The notes below the pieces were generated by a model. The model made no database searches. It was not told the origin of the DNA and was given only the letters and a program-made list of their open reading frames with translations. Source: Podarcis vaucheri (lineage: Eukaryota). Taken from it: a stretch of DNA of 64,000 nt. The translations under genes were made by a program, and so were the position numbers. Numbering within the stretch: the stretch's first letter is position 1; each line of letters begins with the position of its first letter. Positions 1 to 11,969 of the stretch are shown in pieces. Where the stretch lies: the NCBI GenBank assembly GCA_965113315.1, contig OZ220379.1. One strand, given 5' to 3'.

Positions 1-524
1 ACAGTTTATTTACTCGGGTTGACAACATAACTCTGGTGTGTGCGGTTTAAGGGTGAGGTGGGGCAGGAGGGGGGAACTGGCCATATTTTGTGTAAAGTCC
101 TTTGAGAATTAATTCTTCCCAGATTACACTGTAAATAAAGTTAACTGTCATAAAATAAACACAGCCGTGGTGCACGCCATATGTTTTATAATTATTTTGT
201 GGCTTCTCTTCTGTTTGTTTGTTTGCGCTTGCTGAATGGAAACATTCTGATGGTTCTGTGATGAAGTTTATACATTAAAGAAGTAAATCACACTTAAACA
301 ATCAGCCGGCTAGACATGTGAATGGGGTTAAGTGAATTTCGGTTTTGTTTTTCTTTTCCTTCTGTACACATACAAAAGCCTACAATTTTTTTCCAGAAAA
401 CTGTCCTTCCTTCCTTCCTTCCTTCCTTCCTTCCTTCCTGGGATTTGTAGTCACTTCTGCTGCATGTCCAATGGTAGGCAAACTTAGCTCATACATACAC
501 AAAGTGAGGTGTGCGTGTATGTGA

Positions 525-1120
525 TTTATTTTATTTTATAAATTCAGAACTTTTCCAAAGATACAATATAGAGTTCCCCCCTCTTCTCCCCTGGATTCCA
601 GTTTTCTCCCCCCTGATTTCTTGCATCTTATTTTATTTCTCCAAACTCTTTGTTTTCCCTCTTATTTATCCTAATCTCCAATTATATACTTTCATAAATG
701 TTATATCAAACCTTCTAACGTTTTAATATATTTACAGTGGTCTTTTAAATGGTCTATAAATTTATTCCATTCCTGTTCAAACTTTTTCTCATCCTGATCT
801 CTGATCTTCATGGTCATCTTTGCCATTTTGGCATAGTCCATCATCTTAGTTATCTGTTCTTCTTTTGTTGGTACTTTCTCTTCTTTCCATTTCTGGGCAA
901 GCAGCATTCTTGCGGCTGTTGTCGCATACATAAATCGTCTTTTTAAGTCCCTTGGTATTTCATCCCCTGTTAACCAAAGTAAAAAGGCTTCTGTTTTTTT
1001 GACAAAAGTTATCTTAAACATTTTTTTTTGCAATTCATTGTATATCATTTCCCAGAAATCTTTTACTTTTTTACAGGACCACCACATATGGTAAAATGCA
1101 CCTTCCTTACCCTTACATTT
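525..1120 (-). mobile_element. 5'-truncated L1/Tx1-clade LINE, ORF2 C-terminus plus 3' UTR
   Basis: Minus-strand translation KCKGKEGAFYHMWWSCKKVKDFW...AARMLLAQKWK...EWNKF matches the zf-RVT/C-terminal pattern of L1 ORF2; A-rich tail on the minus strand near 525-541. Confidence 0.85.
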
Positions 1121-1529
1121 TGTGTGTAATGTCTCTTAAATCACTCTTGATAGGTTAGAAGGCAGCAGCAAATAGTCTCATTCTAACATGGAGGGATGCC
1201 TTTATTAACAGAGTTGCCATTTCCCCCTACACAGCATTGTGGGGAAGGGAAATCCAATTTTAAAACAAAGGGGTGCATTAAATAAATTCAACAGCTGATC
1301 TGGAGGGAGCTTCCATGTGAGAACAGCAAATACCAAAACTGGAGCAGATGTAGAGTTGAAAGGGAAACAGGTTTGGGCATTGTCAGAGTTCTGCAGAGAC
1401 TGTGACCAATATGAGGATCACATCACCCCTGATAAAACAAAGGCAAATAAAGTTATGGATGGCATGTTCGTCTCAACTAAATACATGAAAGTTGGGCTCC
1501 TGCTTCTATGTATTCTCCCCTACGAAATG

Positions 1530-1950
1530 CAGCAGTTTGAATGGTGTGAATCCCTACTCAGCTCTGAAACTTACTGGGTGACCTTGGGCCAGTCACAGCC
1601 AGAGCCAGAGTGGTGTAGTGGTTAAGAGCGGGGGACTCGTAATCTGGTGAACCTGGTTTGCGTCTCCTCTCCTCCACATGCAGCTGCTGGGTGACCTTGG
1701 GCCAGTCACACTTCTCTGAAGTCTCTCAGCCTCACTCACCTCACAGAGTGTTTGTTGTGGGGGAGGAAGGGAAAGGAGAATGTTAGCCGCTTTGAGACTC
1801 CTCCTGGTAGTGATAAAGCGGGATATCAAATCCAAACTCTTCTTCTTCTTCCCGGCCTAACCTACCTCACAGTGTTGTTCTGAGGATAAAACAGGGAGGA
1901 AGAGAGAAGCATGAGCTCATTGGAAGAAAGATGGGATATCAATGCAATAA
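1530..1950 (+). mobile_element. Older tRNA-derived SINE (MIR/Squam3-related), split by a younger Squam3 copy
   Basis: CTGGGTGACCTTGGGCCAGTCACA at ~1574-1597 continues after the insertion as GCCTAACCTACCTCACAGTGTTGTTCTGAGGATAAA (~1855-1890), ending GGGATATCAATGCAATAAAT. Confidence 0.55.
1601..1851 (+). mobile_element. Squam3 SINE (tRNA-derived, L2-type 3' end)
   Basis: A-box TGGTGTAGTGG, degenerate B-box, ~250 bp body, (TTC)n tail; near-identical inverted copy at 32747-33006. Confidence 0.85.
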
Positions 1951-3851
1951 ATCCCATGAATTAAAGAATGTTCCCTATAATAGCTTAGGGTGGCATTGGG
2001 TGGACATAGGCTGCATAGGATGATGGCCAGAAGGACACCCAAGTCCAGTAAACAAGAGACAAAGTGTGCCAGATTAGGAGAGGCAAAACTTAAAGGCACT
2101 CTTTCTTCTCCATGCCCCGCTCTGGGGGGGGGGGACATAAAAGTTCTCTCAATTAACTCCTACCTGTCCTAAAATTAATTGCTAAATAGTTGGATGTACT
2201 AACAATAGTTGAAGTAGCCAGATCTTTCTGCTGACAACTTAGGTTGTATGAGTTATGCTTGAAAGCTTTAAATTGAATATGTTTTCTGTATGTTAGAATA
2301 TTCCCTTCAAACATATCCTTCCACAAAACCTCTAAATCTGTATTGAGTTGATTTTTCCTGTCTGCCTCTGCTAACACAACTTCATTCTAAATAGAATATG
2401 GTTTTGATTTGTGATAAGCTGCTGAATTCTAAAGAGTTTTTGGGGGCCACCAAATATTTTGGATCATGCAGAGAATATATATTGTAATGTAGTAATTTTG
2501 TATTTATGTTTGTATGATGTGACAATAGATGTGAATGTTAATCACTGCTTGACAATGTTAATAAAATTCATTTAAATATATATATATAAAGGGAGAGGCA
2601 AGACTTGGCCTGTTAGGATCCTGTGGCAGGTGCTGGAAGGCACCAATCCAAGGAGACCTATTGCACCCAGTAGCATGGAATGTGGGGCAGCATGGAGTGT
2701 AAGGCGGTAGTAGGGTGTCCCTCTTTGATGATGAGAAGTCTGTTGAAGGCACTTCAGCAATATCCCTCCCACAGCATAAAGCGCATTAGGCTACCCACCC
2801 GTACCCCACTTTTGGAACATCCAAGCAAATGCTTCAGCCCTGCCTGAGACCTAAAAATATGCAACTTTGGCTGGCTCATGCCAAAAGCTAAGCTGCCAGG
2901 TAAATATCCAGTTTAGATCTTTCTTTGTGGCTGAAATAAAGATGGACCCTTATGGAAAAGCAGGCGGCATGAGGCTGGTTTGTTTTTAAATTCCTCGCTC
3001 CTGCTTTACTTTAAAAGAAACCCATAGTTATGTTTAAGGGTTACTCATGGAGATATTGTTTATTATTTATTATAGCGACATTAAGGCACAGAATTCCATG
3101 AGAAGAAGAAAATCCACAGGAGCTCAGAATCTCAATCTTAATGCTGAGGAAGACACCAGAGAGAGAACAATATTGTATTGTGATTTGTACTTTAGCTTTT
3201 CAGCTTACAGGAAAGAAGGAAGGAGGTGCTATGTGATTTGAATAGGGGCGGCATGTCTTTTGTGGAGAACTTTCAGAATTTGTTCTTATGCTGGGCCAGG
3301 GTCACATTTGCATGACTGTAGTTTATTGCAGTGAGAAAACACAGTCATTAACGCAGCCAATATTTGTAAAATTCATACTACATGCGGGCCAGCTTCATCT
3401 CAAATGCCACAATAGGTAGAATTTCTTCCCAGGCTGGTGCGCTTCCTTACAGATTTGACAAATCAGCTATCACACCATTGGCGAAGCCTGTTAAGAGATT
3501 ATCTTCACCCCAGAAGTTTATTATTTCTTTCATTAAAAAGAAAACTTCTCTGAACATGTCACCCGAGCCCCACCCCCCACCCCCCGCTTTCCTTTGCTGC
3601 GATTTTCTCCTCATTTATTTTTGTCAGCGCTGGATCCATTCAGCATCTGCTCTCCTATGAAAAGCCCCCAGGAAAAAATTAAAAAGCTGTTCGTGCCAAT
3701 TCATTGTTGTTATTAAGAACCGTAATTCACCTCGTAGTTATCTCGGCTCTTTTCGGTTCTTATCTCGGCTTCCATGATGACATTGCCTTCCCGTTCGAGG
3801 CATCGCTCCAGCCCCTGTCTCATCTCTCCCACCTTAATTTGTAGCGATGCA

Positions 3852-4039
3852 NNNNNNNNNNNNNNNNNNNNNNNNNNNNNNNNNNNNNNNNNNNNNNNNN
3901 NNNNNNNNNNNNNNNNNNNNNNNNNNNNNNNNNNNNNNNNNNNNNNNNNNNNNNNNNNNNNNNNNNNNNNNNNNNNNNNNNNNNNNNNNNNNNNNNNNNN
4001 NNNNNNNNNNNNNNNNNNNNNNNNNNNNNNNNNNNNNNN
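3852..4039. other. Assembly gap (N run)
   Basis: Run of N. Confidence 1.
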
Positions 4040-5103
4040 CTCCCCTGCGATTCGGTCCATCACTTGTCATTCACACTAGAGCAATGCCCTGGCTTGCCAC
4101 TGAAGCTCACACAAGCTCCATCAGCTATTCACTCATCGCGGCAGCTGTATTGTTTCAAGTTTCTGACTTACGGGAAATTGCATTGATGCATCTCACACAG
4201 CTAGGCACCGGGCTCATCCCACCCTTATTCCCATGCATGTGGGAAACTCAAATCTTCGCAAAAGTTCCTCCTCATCTTTTAAGAAAGGCTGTATCGACCA
4301 CCGGTACAAGCAATAAGCTTCATAGAGTTCTTTCTGGTGTTAGCTATATTGATCTCAGCGATGTTACCCCAGTGGTTTGTACTGCCCATAATATAGCATA
4401 ATTAAGTTTGCGTAATACTATATGATACACCACATTGATTGTGATGCTCTGCTGATTGCCCGGTGGGAGGGGAAAAAGAAAATTTGCCTCACCTTCTAAA
4501 GAGCTTTGGTCATGGCATTTAGTAGCATCACCTGACCTTAGCGTTTTTGGGGGGGTGAAAGCCATCATTAGGAGTGTGTTGCAGGGTTCATGAATTGTAA
4601 TAAGGGTCCCACAGACAGTGATTTGAAGAGGGAACATAGGGAAGTGTGAAATGTGAATAGCAGGAGCATTTCTTGCCCAGGTGTTCATTCAAGGCAGTTA
4701 CCTTTTAAGTTAACCATGAAGAGAAACTGAAGCACAAAAGCTTTCTGTTTGAAAGACTGCTGTAGACTAAGTCAATTTGTTGTTTTTCCGAAAACAATCT
4801 GTAAAACACCATATGCACTAAGAGAGAGAGTGTGTGTGTACACAAACCCTATATGTTCATTTAGTAGGTTAGTTTCTCTCCTTTGAGGAAGAAGGAGAAC
4901 CTTTGTCCGATGCTTTTCTACCATAAATGGCATTCCAGGTCCTATGCATTTAAATTCCACTCTGTTCCCATGTAGGAAGTGATCCACCCTGAGGTAGGGT
5001 TGGATAGGATTGCACCCTTAATAACATTTTTTTTTAATGCAGTAAAAGCATAGCAATGGTATCAGCCTTGAGTAGTTAATTATGATTAAGGAATGGTAAT
5101 AAT

Positions 5104-5229
5104 CAGGGCTTTTATTTAGCTGGAACTCAGTTCCAGCACTTCTCATGTGGGCGCTATTACCATTCGAAGAGAACAAGGGAGGCATCCCTTGTGAGATCAG
5201 GCACTTCCTTTTCCATAAAAATAGTGCTG
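5104..5229. mobile_element. hAT-type MITE
   Basis: Imperfect TIRs CAGGGCTTTTATTT / AAAATAGTGCTG; 8-bp TSD GTAATAAT (5096-5103) / GCAATAAT (5230-5237). Confidence 0.65.
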
Positions 5230-5237
5230 GCAATAAT

Positions 5238-5305
5238 AACCATAATTTATTTGTATTCTGCCCATCTGACTGGTTTGTCCCAGCCACTCTGAGCGGCTTC
5301 CAACA
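5238..5305 (-). mobile_element. L2 LINE 3'-end fragment (older family)
   Basis: GCCCATCTGACTGG...CCCAGCCACTCTGAGCGGCTTCCAACA, the same terminus as the copies at 6816, 9929, 33948 and 37404. Confidence 0.7.
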
Positions 5306-5839
5306 AAATATAGCAGAACACAGGGAATGAGAATGTGAAGGTGGTTGGACACCTTGCATGTCACAGAGGACCTTGGAATGTGTTTTCTAAACAAGTGATA
5401 GCCATGTTAATAAACTAGATATAGTTGGGGAAAGGTCAAGTTGACAGCCATGTTACTTGACTGAGGAGAAGGGCTGCTTGGGAATTGATGGCAATGTTAA
5501 ATTGGAATAAGCAATGTTGTTACAATGTTCACCAGGGGACAAAAAGATTTTAATTCAGGCTCCAAGCATAAGCTCTGCAGAGCAGGAACTTCTCTCGTTT
5601 AGGAGCACACTAATGGGAATAATGTTCCTGTCAACCACCTTTTCTTAAAATGGAGTACATCGCTTGAGGCCCATAGGTGAGTTAACGACATCAAGTCTCT
5701 TGCAACTCTGCAAATCACAGGGCTCAGTTCTGCCGCTACTTATTTCTGGGAAGTTACACTGGTGTTTACCAATCGTAGATATCACCTATGACAGCAATTC
5801 AGTATGTCAGAGACAAGGTTCATACATGAAGGGCACAGC

Positions 5840-5879
<40 letters not shown>

Positions 5880-6815
5880 AGTCTGCAGATGTCTACACAG
5901 GCGAAACTAAAAGCATGTTTGTTAGGGGCTAGGAAGGAAAGATCTATAAGCAAAAACAAAGATCACCACAGCCAATCACAAGCAAACAATCACACCCTAG
6001 GCCAACCCCAACCTCTCTCTCCACCAAAGGAACACAAGTGAACAACACAAACAACGCTGACACCAAACTCTACACACATTAAACATAATAGAAACACCGC
6101 CACCCGACCCCACCCCCATCCATCTTCCCTCCTGCCACCCCCCTTTTCTTCTCTCTCTCTTTTTTCTTCTCCCCCTAATGCCTCAACAAATGAAATGGAT
6201 TTGTAAAAATGTTACATGAAAAAAAAAAAGAAGAGGACTTTCCCCTCCTTGAGAACTTCATGTACAGTTTCTGGCATTGAGGAGGAAAAACATTGGGTTG
6301 AACTGGCTCTTGCCATTCCATCCTTTGGTGGCATATAGTCTTGTTCTGTATAGGAGAAGTCATTTTGTTTTGAAAGCACACGTCCTGGACATTTCTGGAA
6401 ATCATTAAGTCAGCCCATGCCATTATCTCTGTGCCTGAACATGGATGATGGTGACATTTTCCTGTTTGTTAAATAAAAGCTTCCTTCTTTTCTAATTAAT
6501 AATTAAGCGTTGTAAGGCTTTATTATAAATTTATGTGTCCTCTGGAGCAGTTCTCATTCGCCGCCTTTTCTTAGTTATTTCTCTTCAGCTCGTGTGTATG
6601 TGTGTATTATAATGTCATTTTGATTGCTGTTCACTCGCTTCACTTCGCCTTGTCAGCTTGTGCCCCTTCCTCCCAAATGAGATGACACTCTAATGCAACA
6701 GGAATCCCACCAGCTCAGAAGCATGAGGAGAGCATACAGAAAAATATGTCACATTTGCTTATATTTTTTAAGAAATATAACTCTAATTCTTGGCTTTGGA
6801 GGAAATATAACAGAA

Positions 6816-6835
6816 TTCTTCTTCTTCTTCTTCTT

Positions 6836-6874
<39 letters not shown>

Positions 6875-7320
6875 TTTTATTTATACCCTGTCCATCTGTC
6901 TGAGTTGCCCCAACCACTCTGGGTAGCTTCCAACACATGCAGAAACATAATAAAACATCCCAGATTAAAAACTTTACCTACAGAGGGCTGCCTTCAGATG
7001 TCTTCCAAAAGTTGTGTAGTTCTTTATCTCTTTGACATCTGAAGGGAGGGTGCCACTACTGAGAAGGCCCTCTGCCTGGTTCCCTGTAACCTCACTTATC
7101 GCAATGAGGGAACCACCAGAAGCCCCTCAAAGCCAGACCTCCGTGTCCGGGCTGAGCAATGGGGATGGAGACGCTCCTTCAGGTATACTGGGCTGAGGCC
7201 ATTTCGGGCTTTAAAAGTCAGCACCAACACTTTGAATCGTGCTCGGAAATGTCCTGGGAAGCCAGTGTAGGTCTTTCAAGACCGGTGTTATGTGGTCCCA
7301 GCTGCCACTCCCAGTCACCA
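6816..7320 (-). mobile_element. L2 LINE 3' fragment with compound (TTC)n(TAC)n tail
   Basis: Aligns by eye to 9929-10347, 33948-34228 and 37404-37851; decayed L2 ORF2 end plus stem-loop terminus. Confidence 0.85.
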
Positions 7321-7439
7321 TTATTTTGTGTCCTTCAGTCTTTCTGCAATTATATTGTATTGCACATCTTGTATGGGATCAGGCCGCTTCCCCACTGCAG
7401 CAAGTGTTGGTTCACATATGTAAGCTGCTCTTTCTCATG

Positions 7440-7547
7440 GAGGCCTTTCCCAGCCTGGTGCCCCAGACAGTATGGCTGTGAGAGCTGGCGCTGGCATGAG
7501 TTGTAGTCCAAAACATCTGGAAGGTTGGGGAGGGTTGGGGAAGCCTG
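7440..7547. mobile_element. Short palindromic hAT-like MITE
   Basis: Inverted termini AGGCCTTTCCCA / TGGGGAAGCCTG and an internal GAGTTGTAGTCCAAAACATCTGG motif shared with 22062, 37973 and 44466. Confidence 0.5.
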
Positions 7548-9082
7548 AACTTCAGTGTACCAACATTGCCAACATTAAAGATTGTTCCGCGTACACACGC
7601 AGCCACAGTTGAAAACAGTTGTTTCTTTTTAAAAACACACAACAACAACAACAACAGCCTTGCATTTGCACGTAGGCCCTTCCTCTGTTTCTCCCTGCAA
7701 AAGCAACATCTTGCCAGACATAGCAGGGTTAAACAGAGAGCTCGTCTGGTTTGGTCTTTTGGCATTTTCCAGCTGCTCTTCAAGAGAATATAAAGTGCTT
7801 CGGGAGCATATCCAAACCAGTGGATGTTTAAGAGACTGGGGGGAGGTTAGCTGAAGAGTCACATTCTTGTGTGACTTAGTTACCTTTTGTTGCACTAAAA
7901 GAGAGAGAGAGAGAGAGAGAGAGGGAGGGAAAATGTTGGTGCTGTTCAGTTTTAAACACACACACACACACACACACTTTCAAAGACTAAATGACCTCCA
8001 GGCCTGTTGGCTCCTAAAGCGCAGTTTATCAAGTCTCCTCCGCCTTTTCCCCTGTAAAAATCCAGAGTGAAGTGTGAAAAGCATCAGAAAGCCTCTCTTG
8101 TGCCAGTGCAGCCTTTGAGTCGCTTGCCAGCACCTTCATCTCTTCATATGTTTCTAGCTAAGGTCTAACATGGAACAAAAACCCGACAGCAATAGAGACC
8201 AGATGCTGGTATTTCTTCTCTGTCACTTGGCTGCTGAGCAGATGGAATTTATATCAATCGGGCATGCTTGGAGGAAGAGGCCGTGGCAGCCAACATGTGG
8301 AACTAGGGCTGAGTGACATTTTTGCTAATGTTTTGTCCTTGTAGAACATTATGCTTCCTCTTTGCTTATGAGCTGTGGTTTTCCTGACTCAAACAAGGTT
8401 CCAAGCCCAGCTGGAATGGCTGTGTGTCGTCCCCCCCCCCGTGCCCCCTCCCTTCCTCCCTTCCTAAAGGAGCGCTGGAAGCTATGGAGGAGTGAGGGGC
8501 CCTGAACAATGGAGCTCTTTATTAAAATACCTGACATCTGTATGCAATGCACCCAAATCATTTTAGCCAAGCATTAGAAATTCACTGGGCATTACCAGTC
8601 ACTTTGTGTCCATTTCTGTGCGCGCTTCTTTGATTTATATAATGAGCAAATGCCTCTGGCCCCAAAGGTTTATTTTTAGTTTTGGCTGTTTTATCGGGCA
8701 GGAGCTTCTTTCCTGAGACACATTGTCATAGATCGTCTCAGCAAAAAGAGTAGTAAGAGCAGCAGCAGAAGAAGAATAAAAAAATATATATAGAAAAGTG
8801 ACAGTAAAAAGACGTTCGCCTTTAAACGGAAAGTGGGGGAAACGTAGAAGTTTGGGTAACCTTGCAAATGGCGGTTTTGTTTCTTGAAGCGCCTCGCAGG
8901 CCGTCATTTAAAAAACTGACCAAAGTATTTCATCCATGGAGCTGAGTAGCTGATGGATTTGCAAAAAGCACTACCCCTGCATGTGGAACGATGAACGTCG
9001 TTAGGTTTGTTTGTTTGTTTAAGAGAAGTAAAGACAACAGCAATAAAGAAAAAGACTAGAATTGTGACCTTAACAGCAAGTA

Positions 9083-9324
9083 CAGTGGTACCTCGGGTTA
9101 AGTACTTAATTCGTTCCGGAGCTCCATACTTAACCTGAAACTGTTCTTAACCTGAAGCACCACTTTAGCTAATGGGGCCTCCTGCTGCTGCTGTGCCGCC
9201 GGAGCACAATTTCTGTTCTCATCCTGAAGCAAAGTTCTTAACCTGAAGCACTATTTCTGGGTTAGCGGAGTCTGTAACCTGAAGCGTATGTAACCTGAAG
9301 CATATGTAACCCAAGGTACCACTG
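9083..9324. mobile_element. pogo/Tigger-type (Tc1/mariner superfamily) MITE, family A
   Basis: TIR CAGTGGTACCTCGGGTTA, TA on both flanks, repeated AACCTGAAGC; 242 bp, same length as the copy at 20788. Confidence 0.9.
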
Positions 9325-9928
9325 TAGAAGCACAAATCCCAGGGCTTATCCCACAGCTACTAAGATTCCCCACCTATCCCCATCATGTACCACTTTTGTT
9401 ACATGTTGTGCCATGGTACATTATGCATTATTACAGAACACACACTTAAATGTACAACAACCTCCAGAGATAGTTTCAGCTGAGATGCAATGCCTGGGCC
9501 AGGTGCTCCCAGTGACTGCTCCAAGTGAGGATTTGAACCAGTGTCTCACCAATCCTAGTACAGTAGTTCCCTGCTGCACTGTGTTGACAGTAGTGTGCAA
9601 TTGCACCATCACCTGCAGTTTGCACCAGAAGTCTTGTATTAGCCATCCTCCGATCTAAATGCCTGAGTGTTTGTAGGCAAAGGATGTGACACAATAATTT
9701 GTTGACAAAGGAGCTCAGTGCAACACAGAGACATAAACAGATATGAAACAGTGACTGCACAGAAATGGTGCTTTGCACAATTGCCCTACATTGGTCCAAT
9801 AAATTCACTGAAAAGTTCAGAAGAGTGTGAAATTAATTGGGGGGGAATTGAAGACTTGTGAATTGAAAAAGATTGCCATGTTTCCGTTTGCATATTGTTT
9901 TGGAAAGCACAGATTTGGTAGGTTCACC

Positions 9929-10347
9929 TAATAATAATAATTCTGCACCCATCTGACTGAGTTGCCCCAGCCACTCTGGGCGGCTTCCAGTATATACAAA
10001 AACATGATAAAACATTAAAGATTAAAAACCTCCCTATACAGGGATGCCTTCAGATGTCTTCTAAAAGTTGTGTAGTTGTTTATCTCCTTGAAATCTGATG
10101 GGAGGGCATTCCACAGCGATGGTACCACCACCAAGAATGCCCTCTGCCTAGTTCCCTGTAGCTTTGCTTCTCGCAGTGAGGGAACCGCCAGAAGGCCCTA
10201 GGAGCTGGACCTCAGTGTCCGGGCAGAACGATGGGGGTGGAGATGCTCCTTCAGGTATACTGGGCTGAGGTCATTTAGGTCTTTAAAGGTCAACACCAAC
10301 ACTTTGCATTATGCTCAGAAAAGTACCAGGAGCCAGTGTAGATTCTT
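9929..10347 (-). mobile_element. L2 LINE 3' fragment
   Basis: Same family as 6816-7320; (TAA)n tail at 9929-9940. Confidence 0.85.
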
Positions 10348-11116
10348 TCTGAAATTTAGTGCCAATGTGACACGCAGCCCCAGTGAAGGCAGATGTAGGG
10401 AGGGGATCTGCAAAGAGACAAGGACTGGTGTGCACAGTCTGTTGCCTGTTCTAATTTATTGTGGAGAGAGCATCTTTGATATGCCTACATGCAGGATTAG
10501 CGTAAGCCCCTACTTGTCAGTGATCTCAGGATTGGATCATTCCTTCCATTCCTGGCATCGTTGTGAAGTAATTCCTCTGTGTCTATTTGGTACTTAGCGT
10601 GTAATATTGAAGTATTGTCTTAATAGTATTGGGGGGGGGGCATTCATGTTAACCATCCCAACAGCTGCTTGTTGTTTTCAGTTCACGTTGCGATGCCAAG
10701 CTGATTCTGAGATTACCTGAAGTTTGCTTAATTTTGTGCTAGCAAAGCCTTTTACTGCTGAATCATGTAATTGCCCTAATAGCATCATGGGAGTAAATAT
10801 ACCTTGGTTGTAACTGGATGTGGCAAGTACTACGGCCCTACATTGTAATAATACCTGCAAGCCCTAATACGTACAGTCATTTTGCTAACTGCTTTTAACT
10901 CCTGCTTCTTTTGATTGAAACGGAAAGGACTGAGGTGCAAACTAAATGTTACATGTAAATCTCCAGTCAATATTTTAAGACATGAAAAGCCACATCAGGG
11001 CAATTTCACTTTAGGGTGGCGGCAAGAGCAAACTTGGAATGTTGCTTATTACTATCCCAGATGGTTGTATTTTTGCACAGTGTTGCCATTTTTCTCTATG
11101 GTGCTCCGGCAAGGTC

Positions 11117-11160
11117 TTCCTTCCTTCCTTCCTTCCTTCCTTCCTTCCTTCCTTCCTTCC
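11117..11160. repeat. (TTCC)n microsatellite
   Basis: Direct tandem repeat; a similar tract lies at ~404-439. Confidence 0.95.
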
Positions 11161-11169
11161 TTTCACAAG

Positions 11170-11201
11170 GGCTTCGGCTGGGGAGGGCGGGATATAAATA
11201 A

Positions 11202-11242
<41 letters not shown>
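11170..11242 (+). mobile_element. Extremely 5'-truncated young L2 terminus
   Basis: GGCTTCGGCTGGGGAGGGCGGGATATAAATAAA + (TTA)n, identical to the end of the L2 at 25771-25803. Confidence 0.85.
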
Positions 11243-11733
11243 GTGCAAGGGAAGGAGGAAAGAAATACTTGCATGGCAATTCTGCACACACAAAAATGGT
11301 TAGTAGGTAAGAATTAAACACCCTTTCCTCCAATCAAATTGGCAGTCTTCCAAGCATGCTGTTTGGAAAAATGTTGAAGTTTCATTATATACATTTATGA
11401 ATAAATTATTGTTTGTCCCCCTTCCTCCTAGACTAGGCAAAGCATTGGGAATCCATGACTGTACCTCCCACCTCTTTAATCTTCTTTTAAAGAACGTAGC
11501 TGAAGGTTTTCCATTTGAATCTATTTATTTGCATTTATTTATTTAGAAATTTATATTCCACTTCTTACCATGCAGGTCTTAAAACAGCTCACAGCAATAA
11601 AACATACAACACAGGAAAACATTAATTAAACCTCTAAAATTTATAATCTCAAGATAGCTATATCTATAGATATGCACACACACACACATATGAACTTAGG
11701 GACAATGCCTGTCTTGTGGGAGGGAGTTCCGTA

Positions 11734-11969
11734 GAGCTTTTCCGGGTCATGTGGCCAGCAGGACTAAACCGCTTCTGGCACAACGGGACACCGTGACAGA
11801 AACCAGAGCGCACAGAAACGCCATTTACCTTCCCACCACAGTGGTACCTATTTATTTACTTGCACTGGCCTGCTTTCAAACTGCTAGGTTGTTGGAGCTG
11901 GGACAGAGCAACACCCCGTTGTGTGGAATTGAACCACCGACCTTCTGATCGGCAAGTCCAAGAGGCTCC
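11734..11969 (-). mobile_element. Sauria (Squam1) SINE, partial
   Basis: Reverse complement of the SINE body (GGTACCTATTTAT..ACTTGCAC, CTGCTAGGTTG, CCTTCTGATCGGCAAG); appears to sit within an older L2 remnant spanning ~11520-12140. Confidence 0.8.

Noticed and set aside
1601-1680. tRNA genes suggested by A/B boxes (also at the heads of Sauria SINEs)
   Set aside because: These are tRNA-derived SINE heads that continue into SINE bodies and tails; no complete cloverleaf.
3713-4401. Long ORFs in the track containing X runs (also 51026-51308 and 58304-58756)
   Set aside because: Artefacts of translating through N gaps.
5880-6230. Possible L1 3' UTR on the plus strand ending in an A run
   Set aside because: No coding remnant or TSD found; too weak to call.
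6693-7042. ORFs with poly-F/Y/L, poly-N/I, poly-K/E or ERER tracts (also 5664, 10915, 28707, 52068)
   Set aside because: They are translated microsatellites or retroelement tails, not proteins.
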